Shown: positions 63,572-64,000 of the stretch, in pieces | Layout of the letters: every line of letters starts with the position of its first letter | How positions within the stretch are numbered: position 1 is the first letter of the stretch | Assembly (NCBI GenBank): GCA_005880795.1 | Contig: VBGP01000022.1 | Location: 17,347-81,346, forward strand | DNA from: Chloroflexota bacterium | Lineage (GTDB): Bacteria > Chloroflexota > Dormibacteria > Dormibacterales > Dormibacteraceae | DNA length: 64,000 nucleotides | Direction: 5' to 3' | The notes under the pieces: generated by a model | Databases searched by the model: none | Seen by the model: only the letters and a program-made list of their open reading frames with translations | What the model was told of the DNA's origin: nothing | Position numbers and translations under genes: made by a program

Positions 63572-64000
63572 GGGAAGTACTGGTGAACGAGGGGCAGGAT
63601 CAGTCCCCAGTTCGCTGTGAGATAGCTCTCCGAGCACCCGCATCCGTGCGTGTATGGGTTGGCCAGGACGACCTGGTTGATGGTGTCCGGATTGTCGAAG
63701 CTGGCTGCGAGCGGCAGGAGTTGCGCGACTTTGGACAGGGGCATGCTGGTCTTCAACTCGCCGCCCAAAGCCTGAGATATCGCAGGAAGGTCCTCAGGTG
63801 AGAGCTGTTTGGCCTTCTGACGGATCGCGATCAAGACCTGTTGCTGGCGCTGCGACCGGCCAATGTCGCTCTGCAGGTCTCCATGGCGAGACCGAACGTA
63901 CTGCATCGCGTGGACGCCGTCGAGATGTTGCGGACCGGCCAAAACCGCTACGCGTTCGTAGTCGTAAGGCCAGGTGGTGTTGAGGTCGGCCGGATAGTAG
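63568..64000 (-). CDS. LytR-CpsA-Psr (LCP) family protein (5' end beyond window)
   Basis: Contains GPQHLDGVHAMQYVRSRHGDLQSDIGRSQRQQQVL (the LCP core motif). The reading frame stays open to the window edge. Confidence 0.85.
   Translation of the reverse strand, partial: YYPADLNTTWPYDYERVAVLAGPQHLDGVHAMQYVRSRHGDLQSDIGRSQRQQQVLIAIRQKAKQLSPEDLPAISQALGGELKTSMPLSKVAQLLPLAASFDNPDTINQVVLANPYTHGCGCSESYLTANWGLILPLVHQYFP

Overview
GC-rich (by eye about two-thirds G+C) bacterial chromosomal segment. Genes are densely packed, often with 4-nt ATGA/GTGA/TTGA start/stop overlaps, and GGAGG-type ribosome-binding sites are common. Gene content (F420/LLM oxidoreductase, LCP, LysM-CHAP, Tad pseudopilins, DCC, ECF-SnoaL sigma) suggests a high-GC terrabacterial lineage (Actinomycetota/Chloroflexota-like); I cannot assign it more precisely. 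I support about 72 CDS and one tRNA-Tyr. I see no rRNA, transposase, integrase, prophage or CRISPR array.

Layout:
- 1-17.5 kb: housekeeping and transport genes (MFS transporters, a CPA2 antiporter, an ABC1 kinase, an RpoD-like sigma factor).
- 17.5-30.6 kb: a signalling island. It holds a LuxR response regulator, a split CheB/CheR-PAS pair, a PAS histidine kinase, dinB, a GAF hybrid kinase, and a STAS-like protein coupled to a GHKL-ATPase/zincin fusion.
- 30.6-41.7 kb: mixed metabolism (FtsH, a Dyp peroxidase, an ECF sigma factor, LLM and NMO oxidoreductases).
- 41.7-51.2 kb: two mirrored modules, each LuxR regulator > DUF4242 > secreted protein.
- 51.4-64 kb: an envelope cluster (LysM-CHAP hydrolase, TadE/TadE/TadG, a response regulator/kinase pair, a GT51 transglycosylase, a TolB-like protein, LCP).

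Most noteworthy observations:
1. A DCC-family thiol-disulfide oxidoreductase in which both cysteines of the CxxC motif are in-frame TGA codons (candidate UxxU selenoprotein).
2. A five-member paralogous helical domain, not assignable to any family I recognise, scattered through the signalling island. One copy is fused to a winged helix and another is one frame away from a CheB domain that has no start codon.
3. A translationally coupled STAS-like protein plus GHKL ATPase fused to an HExxH zincin, upstream of a hybrid kinase.

Many long ORFs in the supplied track are antisense shadow ORFs typical of high-GC DNA and were rejected.
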